A DNA stretch of 64,000 nt from Chloroflexota bacterium (GTDB taxonomy: Bacteria; Chloroflexota; UBA11872; VXOZ01), in NCBI GenBank assembly GCA_963662335.2, contig CAXXVD010000001.1, positions 352,001 through 416,000 on the forward strand, in the 5' to 3' direction. Positions 49,395 to 60,962 of this stretch are shown here, in pieces; positions within the stretch are counted from its first letter, which is position 1, and every line of letters starts with the position of its first letter. The position numbers and the translations under genes were made by a program. The notes below the pieces were generated by a model that searched no databases, was not told the DNA's origin, and saw only the letters and a program-made list of their open reading frames with translations.

Positions 49395-50711
49395 CTACGC
49401 AGTAGCCGACGTATCCTCGTCCAGCAGCGTCCCGTCGCGCTCGCCGGCCGGCGTAGAGCGCTTGTCGTCGGACGCCACCAGCAGCGGTTGCGCCCGCTTG
49501 GCAATCACGTCCGCCGTCACGATCACTTCGCGCACGTCGTTGCGGGAGGGCAGGTCGTACATCACGTTCAGCAGCGCCTCTTCCATGATCGTCTGCAGCG
49601 CCCGCGCGCCGGTGGTGAGGCTCTGCGCCATCTGCGCCGCTTCTTCCAGGGCGTCGTCCTGGAAGATGAGCGACACGTCGTCCATCGCGAACAGGTGTTG
49701 GTACTGGCGCACCGGCGCGTCGCGGGGCTCGGTGAGCACCTGGATCAGTTCATCGTGGGTGAGCGCGTCCAGGCCCACCGTCACCGGCAGGCGGCCTACG
49801 AACTCGGGAATGAGGCCGTACTTCAGCAGATCGTCCGGCGAAAGCTGGCGCAGGAGATTCTTCTCCTCTTCCGCCCGTTCCGCGGCGTCCATCGCGCCAA
49901 AACCGACGCGCCGGTGACTGCCGACGCGCTTGGCGATGACGTCATTCAGGCCCTCGAACGCGCCGCCGCAAACGAAGAGAATGTCGTTGGTGTCGATCTG
50001 GATGAAGTCCTGGTGCGGGTGCTTGCGCCCGCCCTGCGGCGGCACGTTGGCCACCGTGCCCTCGATGATCTTGAGCAGGGCTTGCTGCACGCCCTCGCCG
50101 GAGACGTCCCGCGTAATCGATGGGTTGTCGGCCTTGCGGGCAATCTTGTCGATCTCGTCGATGAAGACGATGCCGCGCTCCGCCGCGCTGATGTCGTGGT
50201 CCGCCGCCTGGATCAGGCGCAGCAGGATGTTTTCCACGTCCTCGCCTACGTACCCGGCCTCGGTCAGCGAGGTGGCGTCGGCAATGCAGAACGGCACGCC
50301 CAAAATGCGCGCCAGCGTGCGCGCCAGCAGCGTCTTGCCGCAGCCGGTGGGGCCGATCAGCAGCACGTTGCTCTTGCCCAGTTCCACCTCGTTGTCGCTC
50401 TCGCCGCTCTTCACCCGCTTGTAGTGGTTGTAGACCGCTACCGCCAACACGCGCTTGGCGTGCTCCTGGCCCACGACGTATTGGTTCAGGAACTCATGAA
50501 TCTCCCGGGGACTCAGCAGGCGCGGCGGCCCGGCGCTGCTCTTGCGCTGCGACGACGTCTGCTCCTCGTGGATCAACTCCCGGCACAGGTCCACGCACTC
50601 GTCGCAGATGTACACCCCGTTCTGCCCGGAAATCAGCCGGCGCACTTCCTCCTGCGCCTTATTGCAGAACGAGCACCGGTATTGGCCCCGGCTATCACGA
50701 CGGCTTGGCAC
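49395..50711 (-). CDS. clpX: ATP-dependent Clp protease ATP-binding subunit ClpX
   Basis: CSFC..ICDEC zinc domain, [29 protein letters not shown] loop. Confidence 0.98.
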   Translation of the reverse strand: MPSRRDSRGQYRCSFCNKAQEEVRRLISGQNGVYICDECVDLCRELIHEEQTSSQRKSSAGPPRLLSPREIHEFLNQYVVGQEHAKRVLAVAVYNHYKRVKSGESDNEVELGKSNVLLIGPTGCGKTLLARTLARILGVPFCIADATSLTEAGYVGEDVENILLRLIQAADHDISAAERGIVFIDEIDKIARKADNPSITRDVSGEGVQQALLKIIEGTVANVPPQGGRKHPHQDFIQIDTNDILFVCGGAFEGLNDVIAKRVGSHRRVGFGAMDAAERAEEEKNLLRQLSPDDLLKYGLIPEFVGRLPVTVGLDALTHDELIQVLTEPRDAPVRQYQHLFAMDDVSLIFQDDALEEAAQMAQSLTTGARALQTIMEEALLNVMYDLPSRNDVREVIVTADVIAKRAQPLLVASDDKRSTPAGERDGTLLDEDTSATA

Positions 50712-50750
50712 GTTCGCTCTCCTTGCATCCGGTCGAATTCGGTCTCTCTG

Positions 50751-51371
50751 CTATCGGCTGGCTACGCCGTCCGTCTCCGGCTCCCGCACGGCGGACGGCA
50801 AGACGTCATCGATGAGGCCGTAATCCTTCGCTTCTTCCGCGTCCATCCAGAAGTCGCGCTCGCTGTCGCGCTCGACCTTGGCGAGTTTCTGCCCGGTGTG
50901 CCGGGCGATGATCGAGTTCACCTGGTTGCGGGTGCGCAGGATTTCCTTTGCCTCGATCTCGAGGTCGGTCGCCTGCAAGGGCCGCGACGCTTGCGTCCAC
51001 GGTTGATGAATCAACATGCGCGAGTTGGGCAGCGAATAGCGTTTGCCCGGCGTGCCGCCGGCCAGCAGCAGCGCGGCAATGCTGGCCGAAAGGCCCATGC
51101 AGTAGGTGGCAACGTCGTTCCTGATGTACTGCATGGCGTCGTAGATCGCCAAGCCCGAGTGCACGCTGCCGCCTGGTGAGTTTATGTAAAGGCCAATGTC
51201 CGCGTCGCTGTCCTCACTCGAAAGCAGCAGTAGCTGGGCAATGATGACGTTCGCCACGTTGTCGTCGACCGGCGTGCCCAGAAAGATGATCCGGTCGCGC
51301 AAGAGACGGGAAAAGATATCCAAGCCGCGTTCGCCGCGGTTCGTCGTCTCAATGACGTAGGGTATGAGCAT
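50751..51371 (-). CDS. clpP: ATP-dependent Clp protease proteolytic subunit
   Basis: [22 protein letters not shown], catalytic Ser (SAS), IHQP, RD. Confidence 0.97.
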   Translation of the reverse strand: MLIPYVIETTNRGERGLDIFSRLLRDRIIFLGTPVDDNVANVIIAQLLLLSSEDSDADIGLYINSPGGSVHSGLAIYDAMQYIRNDVATYCMGLSASIAALLLAGGTPGKRYSLPNSRMLIHQPWTQASRPLQATDLEIEAKEILRTRNQVNSIIARHTGQKLAKVERDSERDFWMDAEEAKDYGLIDDVLPSAVREPETDGVASR

Positions 51372-51597
51372 GCGTTTCTCCTTCGTAGTGGCGTTGGTGT
51401 CTAAAGTGTAAGTGGCTTAGTTTGCTGTCTTTGTGTTGCCCGGATCAACGCGGACTGCCGCGCCTTCACGAGTTCCGCTCCATTATAGAGTGCCCGCCGC
51501 GCTCCGGTCACTCTGCCGGCCGCCGCCCGGCGCGGCGCAAGCCGCCTCCCGGTCGCATAAGCCGGCGCCCCCGCGCGCCAACCCTAGCCGTCACGGT

Positions 51598-52572
51598 TCA
51601 CGCCGTAACTTCCGCCCCCGCCGTCTGCGGCCGCTCCACCCGGTCGTACAGGTCTTCAAGGTAGTGGGTTGCGGCCACGGCGGCGGTGGTCGCGTCGCCC
51701 ACGGCGGTGGTAATCTGCTTCGTCAACTGCGTGCGCACGTCGCCGGCGATGAAGAGGCCCGGCACGGCGGTCTCCATGTGCAAGCCGCCGATCAGATAGC
51801 CGTTCTCATCGCGCGTTACGTCTTCCTCAATGAAGTCGGTGTTCGGGTCGAACCCAATGAAGATGAACACGCCGTCGGTCTCGTGCACCCACTCCTCGCC
51901 GGTCTTGACGTTGCGCAGCCTCATGCCGGTAACCGCGCCGTCAGCGCCGATGATCTCGTCGGCCACCGTATCCCAGATAATTTCGGTCTTGTCATTCGCC
52001 ATGAAGCGCTCTTGGATGATCTGTTGTGCGCGCAGCTTGTCGCGCCGGTGCACCAGATAGAGCTTGCTGGCAAAGCGGGTGAGGAAGAGGCCTTCCTCCA
52101 CCGCCGAGTCGCCGCCGCCAACCACCGTGATCACCCGGTCGCGGAAGAACGCCCCGTCGCACACGGCGCAGTACGAGACACCGCGCCCCGCGTACTCGAA
52201 CTCGCCCGGTATGTTCAGCGCCGTGGGCGACCCGCCGGACGAGACGATCACCGCCCCGGCGCGGTATTCCTCGCCGTCCGTCGTGCGCACGACCTTCTGC
52301 CAGCCGTCCGAAAAGACCGCCGCCACCTCGGCGGTGAGGATTTGTGCGCCAAACACCTGGGCGTGGGAGACCATCTTCTGAATCAGATCGGCGGCGTCGA
52401 TGGACTCGAACCCCGGGTAGTCCTCGATGAGTGACGTATTGATAAGCTGCCCGCCGGGCGCCATCTTCTCCAAGATCACCGTATCGAGCCGCGCCCGCGC
52501 CGTGTAGAGCCCGGCGCACAATCCGGCCGGCCCGGCGCCAATGACGATAACGTCGTGATACCGTACTGCCAT
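51598..52572 (-). CDS. trxB: Thioredoxin-disulfide reductase
   Basis: GAGPAG, GVSYCAVCDG, GGGDSA.EE, HRRD..RA, AGD. Confidence 0.96.
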   Translation of the reverse strand: MAVRYHDVIVIGAGPAGLCAGLYTARARLDTVILEKMAPGGQLINTSLIEDYPGFESIDAADLIQKMVSHAQVFGAQILTAEVAAVFSDGWQKVVRTTDGEEYRAGAVIVSSGGSPTALNIPGEFEYAGRGVSYCAVCDGAFFRDRVITVVGGGDSAVEEGLFLTRFASKLYLVHRRDKLRAQQIIQERFMANDKTEIIWDTVADEIIGADGAVTGMRLRNVKTGEEWVHETDGVFIFIGFDPNTDFIEEDVTRDENGYLIGGLHMETAVPGLFIAGDVRTQLTKQITTAVGDATTAAVAATHYLEDLYDRVERPQTAGAEVTA

Positions 52573-52940
52573 CTGTCTGCTCATTCCTTTCACTCGCGCC
52601 GCCATCCCGGAAGCGCGTACACGTCGGCGAGGCTGCGCGTTCTTGCGCTCGTTACGGTAGTTCTCAATCGGTCATAGCGGTCGCCGCGCAGCGGCGTCCT
52701 CCTCTTTCAGGGTACCAAACCCGCAGACCTACCGCTATAGATAGCGCTGCGGACGGAGAGACGTCGTTTTTCAAGCCGCCTCAAACCATCTTCCATAGCA
52801 TCCTACCTTCCCGCCCACGAGACGGCTGTGGGGAAAGGTTTGGCAACTCTCTCGGCGGCCAAGGGGCTTGACTCACGCCAAGGTGAGAGGAGACCCCTTG
52901 CTCATCGGATTTCCCCTCGCCTGAGAGAGGGTTAGAAGCC

Positions 52941-53299
52941 CAATATAGTCGCATTAACGTAGCGCGGGGGCTTGTCCCCCGCCGGAGTAAAGCACGGGGA
53001 CTCGTCCCCCCGCCGGAGTAACGCGCGGGGGCTTGTCCCCCGCCAGAGCAAAAGAAAAGCACACGCAAAGGATTGACCCTACAGCCTCGCAGGTTGCAAA
53101 CCTGCGCTACCGGAGATGCGAGGCGTGGTTCTCATCGCCATTGAGTTTAATGCGACAGCATTGGGGCTTGTCCCCCGCCGGAGCTATTGAAACTGGCTCG
53201 CAAAGGATTGACCTAACAACTTCATAGGTTTCACAACCTGCGCTACTGGAGACTTGAGACGCGGGTTTTGCAGCCGCTCTGTTTAACGCGACAGCATTG
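52941..53299. mobile_element. Nested/tandem MITE composite
   Basis: One left TIR (CAATATAGTCGCATTAA), three REPs, a body nearly identical to 9617-9779 ending at 53163, then GGGCTTGTCCCCCGCC plus a second body and right TIR ending at 53299. Confidence 0.82.
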
Positions 53300-53362
53300 G
53301 GGTTCGAGCCTGCCCGCGCATGCTACGGGCGTGAGGAGAAGTTCGGCCAAAATCGCCTTGCG

Positions 53363-54196
53363 CTACCGGCCGGACTGCGCCGTCGGTTCCCTTGCAGCGT
53401 TCGCCGCGTGCAGGTATTGGCGGCAGAAGGCGGCGGCCTGGTGGATGCGGTCGCGCACCTTCTCGTCGGAGCGGCCCGCGTGCAGCGCGTACGGGTGCAA
53501 TTCCACCACGATCGTGCCCCCGAAGCCGTCGCGGCCCAGTTCGCCCAGGAAGTCCGCCAGCGGCAGCGTGCCCTCACCGGGGAAGAGGTGTTCCCGGCCG
53601 TTGTACTCGTCCGAAAGGTGGATGTGGCGCACCGTGCCGCGCAGTTCCCGCCACGCCTGCAGGATGTCGATCCGCGAGACCCCAAAGTGCGTCGTATCCA
53701 TCGTGAGCGCGGGGAACGGCCGCATGGACTCCACTTGCCAGAAGTCATGCTGGTCCCGCTGCAAGATGCCCAGGCGCTTTACCAGGCGGCGCGGCAGGTT
53801 TTCCACCGTCAGCAGCACGGGCGTCTCCGCTTGCAGCGCTGCCAGGTTCTGCATTAGCCACGGCGCGATCTCCGGCCCGCCAAAGGCCACCGGGTGGATG
53901 ACCACCGTGCGCGCGCCCACCGCTTCCGCCAGGCCGATCGTCGCCTTCAGCGTGCCGGGGTAGTCCGCCCCCATCTCCGATATGGTCCGAAACGGCGCGT
54001 GCAAGCTGTGCACCGGAATGCCCCACTGGGCCACCAGCGCGTTGATGTAGTCCGCCTGGCGCGTATCCCAGCGGTTGTCGACGATGAGTTCCACGCCGTC
54101 AAACGCGGAGCCCCCCATCAACTCGAACGTCCGCGCCAGGCCATAGGTGTAGAGCGAGCCGGTGGATAGGGTCAGCGCGGGCTCTTGATTCGCCAT
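53363..54196 (-). CDS. Sugar phosphate isomerase/epimerase
   Basis: SLHAPF, VVIHP, VENLP, DTTH, HIHLSD, H..PGEG, VVEL. Confidence 0.85.
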   Translation of the reverse strand: MANQEPALTLSTGSLYTYGLARTFELMGGSAFDGVELIVDNRWDTRQADYINALVAQWGIPVHSLHAPFRTISEMGADYPGTLKATIGLAEAVGARTVVIHPVAFGGPEIAPWLMQNLAALQAETPVLLTVENLPRRLVKRLGILQRDQHDFWQVESMRPFPALTMDTTHFGVSRIDILQAWRELRGTVRHIHLSDEYNGREHLFPGEGTLPLADFLGELGRDGFGGTIVVELHPYALHAGRSDEKVRDRIHQAAAFCRQYLHAANAAREPTAQSGR

Positions 54197-54380
54197 CGTA
54201 CCAGTTCGTCTTATTATCTCTCCCCGTGGGAGAGGGTTAGGGTGAGGGTGTATTCCCTACCAGTCTAGCACCTCGGCCAGGACTCCGCACCACGCCAGCG
54301 CCACGAGCCAACGTCCGCGCGGCCGGCGGCGTGGCGCGTACGAATGCCGTAGAGAATAGCTGTCGGCTAGTTGAATACTC

Positions 54381-54409
54381 TTGACGCAAAACAGTGCGTC
54401 TGGCATGAT
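54381..54409 (+). promoter_or_regulatory. Promoter with overlapping palindromic operator candidate
   Basis: TTGACG-17-CATGAT containing GACGCA-N6-TGCGTC. Confidence 0.45.
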
Positions 54410-54448
54410 AATTGACAACTGCTAACAGACAGCGGATAAGCGCGCGTT

Positions 54449-57400
54449 ATGATGCGTGCTCGTTGGTTCGGACAGGCATTGAAGCGGCGGGGCGGAGTTT
54501 CCCCCGGCGGCCGGGCGGCGCTGGTAGCGGCGCTGCTCATTGGCGCGCTCTGCGTTGCGCTGGTTCACGCCAACGCGGCGGCAGCGGCCACGGTCACGGC
54601 TCCCCTCTCCCAATCTGAGGCTACGCCGACACCGACGCCACAACCTGCGCCGGACCCCACGCCAGCGCCGCCTCCCGCGCCAACGCCCACACCTACACTT
54701 ACACCCACGCCTTCTCCTACCCCGGAGCCTACGCCTACACCGACGCCGGAACCTACGCCGGAACCTACGCCGACGCCCACTCCCACTCCCACGCCAACAC
54801 CGTCCGGGACTCAGGGAGGCCCTCCCGCGCTGACCATCGCTTCCTCCCACGCCACGGCGGCCAAGGGCGAGGAGGTCGAGTTCACCATCACAGCCGGCAA
54901 CGCGCCCGCTTCCGATCTCACGGTCAATCTGCAGGTTAAGGCCAAAGGCTCGTCGGTGGATGAGACCGGGTCGCTGCAAGTCGTCCTCCGGCAGGGCGAG
55001 ACGCAGACCTGGCTCACCTTGGTCACGGAGGGCGGCTCCGTAGACCTAGCGGGCGCCACCGTCACCCTCACCCTTCAAGCCGGCACGGGCTACACACTTG
55101 GCAGTCCCGCCGCGGCCAGCGTCAGCGTGGAAGACCGGCCCCTGCCCACGCCCACCCCCACGCCGGAAGTAAAGGGGGAGACGCCTGGCGGAGCGGCCCC
55201 GGCGCCCTCGGGCCTCTCGGCGTCGGGGACCAGCCGCTCCAGCATCCGCGTCAGTTGGAGCAGCGAAATATTCGTCGTCGCTTACAAGGTAGATCGCTAT
55301 TACGACGAAATCCCGCCTGTGCCCTTCTGGCTGAACCTTATCAGCGGCACCTCGAGCACGAGTTATACGGATGGCGGACGCAGGTGCGGCACAAGCTATA
55401 GCTACCGCGTCGCCGGCAAGGGAGACGGCAGTTTCTACGACACGTACTACGGCTCCTATTCGTACACGTCGGGCAGCACCTACTCGTGCCCGGTGCCAAC
55501 GCCGACGCCTACGCCCACTCCCACACCAACACCTACGCCCACTCCCACACCAACTCCGACACCCACGCCTACGCCAACGAAGACGCCCACACCTACGCCA
55601 ACGAAGACGCCCACACCTACGCCAACGAAGACACCTACACCTACGCCAACGAAGACGCCCACACCTACACCAACGAAGACGCCCACACCTACGCCAAGAC
55701 CAATTCCCACACCCGTACCCAAGGCCCCCGCCCCTGCCAACGTAGTCGCGACTCCCACCGGTCTCACCAGTATCACGTTCGCTTGGAGTGCGCGGACGGG
55801 CGTTTCGCACTACATGTTGGAGCGCTACTTCACCGGTGTCAGGAGCGAGAAAGAGAAGGAGGGTTCCGGCCAGAGCGAAGAAGGTTGGTCGAGCGTAGCC
55901 ACTGAGATAGCGGGCACAAGCTACGCTTATACCAGCAACACCTTGCTCTGCGCTAGCAGCGAGAAGTTCCGCGTCAGCGGCCGCGGAAACGGCGCCACGT
56001 ATAGCACAGCGTACGGCGCCACCACCGAGGTTAGCGGCACTATTCCGTGCGCAAAAGCAGCCCCCAAGCCCACCGGCTTCACCCTTACCGCCACCGGTGA
56101 GCAGAGCATCACCGCCAGTTGGGACTCCCATACCGATCTGCACGGTTTCAAGCTCGAACGGCTCTTCCTTGGCACCGAACCCGGCGGCTCCGGGCAAACC
56201 GAACAGAGCGTCTGGAGTGAAGTAAAAGGGGCTGAAGACCTATCTGCCACCAGTTTCGAAGTCACCGACCAGGTCGCGTGCGGCAGTTCCTATTCGTTCC
56301 GGCTCAGCGCCCGGGGGGACGGCTGGCCGTATCTCACCGCGTTCAGCACGCCGACCGCGGAGCAGAGCGGCAGCACCTCGCCCTGTACCAGAACCGCGCC
56401 TGCGCCCACCGGCCTCAGCGCCAGCGCCGCCGGTAAGACCGGCATCACCGCCAGTTGGAGCACGCAGGATGACGTCGCCGCCTACAAGCTGGAGCACGCC
56501 CTCGCCGGCACACCCACGCCCGCCTGGACCGCCATCGAGAACATCGCCCCGACCCCGGGCGCGAACGCCACCACCGGCTATACCGTGAGCACCCTCGAGT
56601 GCGGCACGGAATACAGCCTCCGCGTCAGCGGCAAGGGCGACGGCTCGCCCTACACCACTACCTACGGCACTCCATCGGCGGCAGTCACCGGACGCCCTGC
56701 GCCCTGCGACGTGCCCGCGCCGACCGGCCTTAGCGCCAGCGCCTCCGGCCAGACCGGCATTGCCGTCACCTGGTCTGGCGTCACCGCCGGCGTCACTTAC
56801 ACGCTGGAGCGTTCCGACGATGGCGGAAAAACCTGGCCGAAGGGATCGCCACACGTCATCAGCGGTATCATCGGTACCAGCCAGACCGTTAGCGGCCTGA
56901 GCGAGTGCACCGAGTACGACTTCCGGGTGGGAGGCGTAGGCGACGGCTTGCGCTATTCCGCCACCCCCGGCCCCACGGCGCAGACGACGGGACGCACCGC
57001 GCCTTGCGCCGTGCCCGCGCCCACCGGCCTCAGCGCCACCGTCGTGAGCGAGACCGCAATCACCGTCAGTTGGACCGCCATCGGTACCGGCGTGAAGTAC
57101 ACGCTGCAATACGACAAGGGTAAGGAAACCCAAACCCACTCAGACATCACCGGGACCAGCTACGCGGTAACCGGTCTAACGTGCGGCACCGCATACACCT
57201 TCAAAGTCAACGGCGTGGGGAGCGGCTGGCCTTACGTCGCCACCCCCGGCCCCACGGGCCAAGCGCAGGCCACCACCACCGGCTGCGACGTGCCCACGCC
57301 CAGCCTCTCATTCCCCCAGGTTACGCGGACGAGCATTACCGGGCAGTGGAGCACTTACACCGACATCACCTACCGGTTGGAGTACATAGTCAAAGCTGCC

Positions 57401-59437
57401 GACAGCGGCGCGGGTGGCGCTGCCCCCAACTGGTCCCCGATCGGGAATAGAATCCCAGGGACAGGCAGCGCGGTTTCCAGCGTTGCGGAGAACCTGAAGT
57501 GCGGCACCGCCCATCAGCTTCGAGTCGAGGCAATTGGCGACGGAACGCACTACAAGAACGAAACCGTCACTACTGACCCGCTCACCCAGAGCACCAGCCT
57601 CTGTCTGGCGTCGGCCCCTACTAACGTCCAGGCCATACCCACCGCCCAGACCAGCATCACCGTCAGTTGGGACACCCAATCCGGCGTCTCCACCTACAAG
57701 CTGGAGCGCTCCGACGACAGTGGCGCCAACTGGCCGAACGCCAATGCGGTGCAAGTTGCCCCCACCCCGACGGGCGCCAGTCACACCTATACGAACCTAA
57801 CTTGCGGCACGGACTACCGCTTCCGCGTCAGCGCCATCGGCGACGGCATCAACCTCGATAATTCCACTTACGGCAGCACGTCGTCAGTGATAACAGCCAG
57901 CACCGACAACTACTGCACGCCGCAGGACCTCACCATAATCCCAATGCCGCAACGAAAGGCGGAGTTGCGTTGGGGCGCCGTGAATGGCGCGACGTACACA
58001 GTGCAGATACGCAAGCCGAGCGGGAATTGGCCAACGCCTATACCCGGCGGTACCGTTCCTAACGAGCATGACAGAGGAACGAGCACCTCCCATGAGATCA
58101 AGCTGGATGAAGTTTTCAACGCTGGCACAGTAGCGGCGCCGGCCCTTGAAGGCCTCGCTCATGCCACGGCCTACCACCTTCGCGTCCAAGCCACCGTCCC
58201 CGGCCATGGCACCTTTAGCAGCATGCCAATTGTCATTATTGACACCCCGATCTTGCGGGCCAATGGCAACAGCCCCGGCTTGGGCGCAAATGACGCTCAG
58301 GTAGCCCTTAAGTGGACGCCCATCCAAGACATCCTTGGCGCAAGCTACACCGGTGGCGCGTATACCTTCAACTATCGCCAGCTTGAAAACGACCACACCC
58401 AGATCGGCTGGCAGCCAGACACCTTTGGCCCAACAAGCACTACCAGCGCCACAATCAACGGCACAACTCATACGATCACCGGGCTAGCGCGGGAAAAGAT
58501 CCAAGCCATACAGTTAGTCTATGCCGTCACTCCGACCCCCGGTGGCGCAAACCGGGTATTCGCCGCCAGAGATGCCTACGTCTGGCCCTCCGATCGCGCC
58601 GGAGGCGGCGGTGAACGAGTTGCGACGTTTCCTTTGAATTATCCGCTAAGTTTGCTCTCCAACAAAACGTATGTGTACCGCATCTGCGCAGGCACGTTCT
58701 CCTCAGATGCAAACAAGCAAGCAGCTTGGCGGACTTTCGTCATCCATGCTCTCAACCAGTGGCACCTGGCCACTGACGGTCTGGTCACAATGACACATTC
58801 ACCTGGCGGTTGTGCCGACTTCTCCGATCACATTACGCTCGTTTACGATGGAGTTAAAGACCGCCTTATGAAAGAGTTAGAGCCTGACGAGGATGCCAAA
58901 CTGCGGGCTCAAGTGAGAGCGCACGTTGGGAAAATCGGCAGTTGGTTGGATATCGCCTCTCAGGATCGCGCGTTGAATGAAATCAGCGTGATCGACCTCG
59001 GCGCGGATGAATACGACGCATTGAAAGCTGTGAAGATTTCAGCGGAACTCGCAAGGGATCTTGGATTCGCCACATGCATATTCGACGCTCCCGCCTGCGC
59101 ACCCCGAAACAAGGTGCCGCTAACGCTACTTACTACCGACATCTTGCTCAAGCGGGAAGGTGGCTCAGCGTACCAAGAAGATCCTCCACCTTTGCCGACG
59201 GTAGAGTTCAATACATGCGTCGCAGGGGAAAACAAGGCATATGAACACTTGGTGCATGAAGCGGGCCATGCCTTGGGAATCCGAGAGGGCAATGATGGCG
59301 CTGACCAACTGGTCCATCACCCTACAATTCCGGACTCAGTGATGAGTTACGAAAGGCTGCTCCCGGTGGAAGACCCGGACTGTTCCCCTCACCCCCTAGA
59401 CATCATGGCTATATTTGCGCTGTATCAGACTCGCTAG
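54449..59437 (+). CDS. Giant secreted protein: PT linkers, Calx-beta-like domain, about 8-10 FN3 repeats, C-terminal zinc metallopeptidase
   Basis: Signal peptide; repeats AP.GL.A....T.I..SW...LxCGTxYxFRV...GDG; HEAGHALG and SVMSY Met-turn. Confidence 0.88.
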   Translation: MMRARWFGQALKRRGGVSPGGRAALVAALLIGALCVALVHANAAAAATVTAPLSQSEATPTPTPQPAPDPTPAPPPAPTPTPTLTPTPSPTPEPTPTPTPEPTPEPTPTPTPTPTPTPSGTQGGPPALTIASSHATAAKGEEVEFTITAGNAPASDLTVNLQVKAKGSSVDETGSLQVVLRQGETQTWLTLVTEGGSVDLAGATVTLTLQAGTGYTLGSPAAASVSVEDRPLPTPTPTPEVKGETPGGAAPAPSGLSASGTSRSSIRVSWSSEIFVVAYKVDRYYDEIPPVPFWLNLISGTSSTSYTDGGRRCGTSYSYRVAGKGDGSFYDTYYGSYSYTSGSTYSCPVPTPTPTPTPTPTPTPTPTPTPTPTPTPTKTPTPTPTKTPTPTPTKTPTPTPTKTPTPTPTKTPTPTPRPIPTPVPKAPAPANVVATPTGLTSITFAWSARTGVSHYMLERYFTGVRSEKEKEGSGQSEEGWSSVATEIAGTSYAYTSNTLLCASSEKFRVSGRGNGATYSTAYGATTEVSGTIPCAKAAPKPTGFTLTATGEQSITASWDSHTDLHGFKLERLFLGTEPGGSGQTEQSVWSEVKGAEDLSATSFEVTDQVACGSSYSFRLSARGDGWPYLTAFSTPTAEQSGSTSPCTRTAPAPTGLSASAAGKTGITASWSTQDDVAAYKLEHALAGTPTPAWTAIENIAPTPGANATTGYTVSTLECGTEYSLRVSGKGDGSPYTTTYGTPSAAVTGRPAPCDVPAPTGLSASASGQTGIAVTWSGVTAGVTYTLERSDDGGKTWPKGSPHVISGIIGTSQTVSGLSECTEYDFRVGGVGDGLRYSATPGPTAQTTGRTAPCAVPAPTGLSATVVSETAITVSWTAIGTGVKYTLQYDKGKETQTHSDITGTSYAVTGLTCGTAYTFKVNGVGSGWPYVATPGPTGQAQATTTGCDVPTPSLSFPQVTRTSITGQWSTYTDITYRLEYIVKAADSGAGGAAPNWSPIGNRIPGTGSAVSSVAENLKCGTAHQLRVEAIGDGTHYKNETVTTDPLTQSTSLCLASAPTNVQAIPTAQTSITVSWDTQSGVSTYKLERSDDSGANWPNANAVQVAPTPTGASHTYTNLTCGTDYRFRVSAIGDGINLDNSTYGSTSSVITASTDNYCTPQDLTIIPMPQRKAELRWGAVNGATYTVQIRKPSGNWPTPIPGGTVPNEHDRGTSTSHEIKLDEVFNAGTVAAPALEGLAHATAYHLRVQATVPGHGTFSSMPIVIIDTPILRANGNSPGLGANDAQVALKWTPIQDILGASYTGGAYTFNYRQLENDHTQIGWQPDTFGPTSTTSATINGTTHTITGLAREKIQAIQLVYAVTPTPGGANRVFAARDAYVWPSDRAGGGGERVATFPLNYPLSLLSNKTYVYRICAGTFSSDANKQAAWRTFVIHALNQWHLATDGLVTMTHSPGGCADFSDHITLVYDGVKDRLMKELEPDEDAKLRAQVRAHVGKIGSWLDIASQDRALNEISVIDLGADEYDALKAVKISAELARDLGFATCIFDAPACAPRNKVPLTLLTTDILLKREGGSAYQEDPPPLPTVEFNTCVAGENKAYEHLVHEAGHALGIREGNDGADQLVHHPTIPDSVMSYERLLPVEDPDCSPHPLDIMAIFALYQTR
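55494..55720 (+). repeat. Coding tandem repeats (PT dipeptide and 24-bp TPTPTPTK units)
   Basis: ACGAAGACRCCYACACCTACRCCA repeated five times after a (PT)n tract; a second PT tract lies at about 54620-54800. Confidence 0.9.
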
Positions 59438-59453
59438 TAAGGAGACTCAGAAC

Positions 59454-60878
59454 ATGTCGTTCAACGCACGCTTGATTCAGGTGGCAATTCGAGGCATGGG
59501 TCTCATGGCGCTAATGCTGGGCCTTGCCAGTTGTGGGGAGCAAGATTCATCAGCAACCGCAGCAGAATTGCAGTACCCATGTGGCCCGTTCTTCACAGAA
59601 CACTATACCGGGTACCAAAGGCACTTCTTGGAGTGGACGCCGGACGGTAGCAAAATAATGTTCGACTATATTCCAAGAGGCTATAGAGACCTTAGCTCCT
59701 TGTTCCCTGGAAGGATGATTTGGCTAGCAGCCAGCGATGGTAGCGAGGCGCGAATGCTTGTTGACGCAAATCCTGGCGGCGTCGGACTGTTCAACTTCCA
59801 TGCCGACGTGTCACCTGATGGCACACGTATCGTCTATGCCACCTGTGAGTTCCCGACGGAAAGCATACACATGGAATCATTCGACTCGGAACGAAGACAA
59901 CTCCACTACGAGATTGCCGTAATCAACCTTGACGGCTCGGGGCAACAGCGGCTCACGGTGAATGAGCATCTTGACCACTTCCCAGTCTGGTCGCCCGACG
60001 GAAACACCATCGTCTTCATTGCTAACCCCCATGAGAGAAGCTTATACAATACAGCAACTGCGGAACTCTATGCTATGGCGGCGGATGGTTCAGACGTGCG
60101 CCTTGTAGTCTCCACACTAAATAAGGTGAGCACGGAAACCGAGGGATACTATTACTGGCGAAATAACGCTTTCAACACACAGCGCGGCGTAAGTGAGATT
60201 GGTAATCCTGACGAGCCGTGGCTGTGGGCGGTGACTCTCGCCGCGCCTGCGTGGTCCCCGGATGGGGGGCGTTTGGCGTTTCTGGTGGACGAGGGGGAAT
60301 CACCGCCGCTTCGCCACCTGCTGTACATGGCGCGGGCTGATGGTTCGGAACTTATGAAAGTCGCCGAAACTGCAGGTGTTCAGATTGCACTTCCGGGTAG
60401 CAATTACAATTCGCCGATTACGCCCACTTGGGAGCCGAGTGGGGAGCGACTCGCCTTCGTGGGTGTCAATGAGGCAGGTGGCCCCGGCGGAGTCTTTACC
60501 ATTCGTCACGACGGTACCGATCGCAAACTGGTCTTGGAACCGCAGGGGCCAGACTGGCAGGTGTGGCACCTGTCATGGTCGCCGGACGGATCTGAGATTC
60601 TCGTAGTGTCTACTCATGGCACATTCGCTATCGAGATGGATGGCGGTGGCTTTCGCACTCTGAATTCTGTGAAAGTGCCGCGCAACTCACTTGGTGTTGT
60701 TGCGGCGTGGTCGCCAGACAGTACACGCATTGCGTTCTATATTGCACGTGAAATCCACAACGAACCGCCGCAACTGTTTACAGTAGCCCGCGACGGTACC
60801 GACCGCCGCGACCTAATTCGCCTGGACGCCGACGGCAACCTCGTGCCAGCCAACCCGCCGCAGGAGAAAGCCGAATGA
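59454..60878 (+). CDS. TolB-like (PD40) beta-propeller lipoprotein
   Basis: AAGGAG RBS 2 nt after the upstream stop; LASC lipobox; repeated W(S/T)PDG motifs. Confidence 0.85.
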   Translation: MSFNARLIQVAIRGMGLMALMLGLASCGEQDSSATAAELQYPCGPFFTEHYTGYQRHFLEWTPDGSKIMFDYIPRGYRDLSSLFPGRMIWLAASDGSEARMLVDANPGGVGLFNFHADVSPDGTRIVYATCEFPTESIHMESFDSERRQLHYEIAVINLDGSGQQRLTVNEHLDHFPVWSPDGNTIVFIANPHERSLYNTATAELYAMAADGSDVRLVVSTLNKVSTETEGYYYWRNNAFNTQRGVSEIGNPDEPWLWAVTLAAPAWSPDGGRLAFLVDEGESPPLRHLLYMARADGSELMKVAETAGVQIALPGSNYNSPITPTWEPSGERLAFVGVNEAGGPGGVFTIRHDGTDRKLVLEPQGPDWQVWHLSWSPDGSEILVVSTHGTFAIEMDGGGFRTLNSVKVPRNSLGVVAAWSPDSTRIAFYIAREIHNEPPQLFTVARDGTDRRDLIRLDADGNLVPANPPQEKAE

Positions 60879-60962
60879 GCCTTCCACGTGGGTACGTGCT
60901 AACGCCGTTGCCTCAGACTGGGGTTGCCGCTTGCAGCCTGCGCCGACGCCATGCACGGGAGA

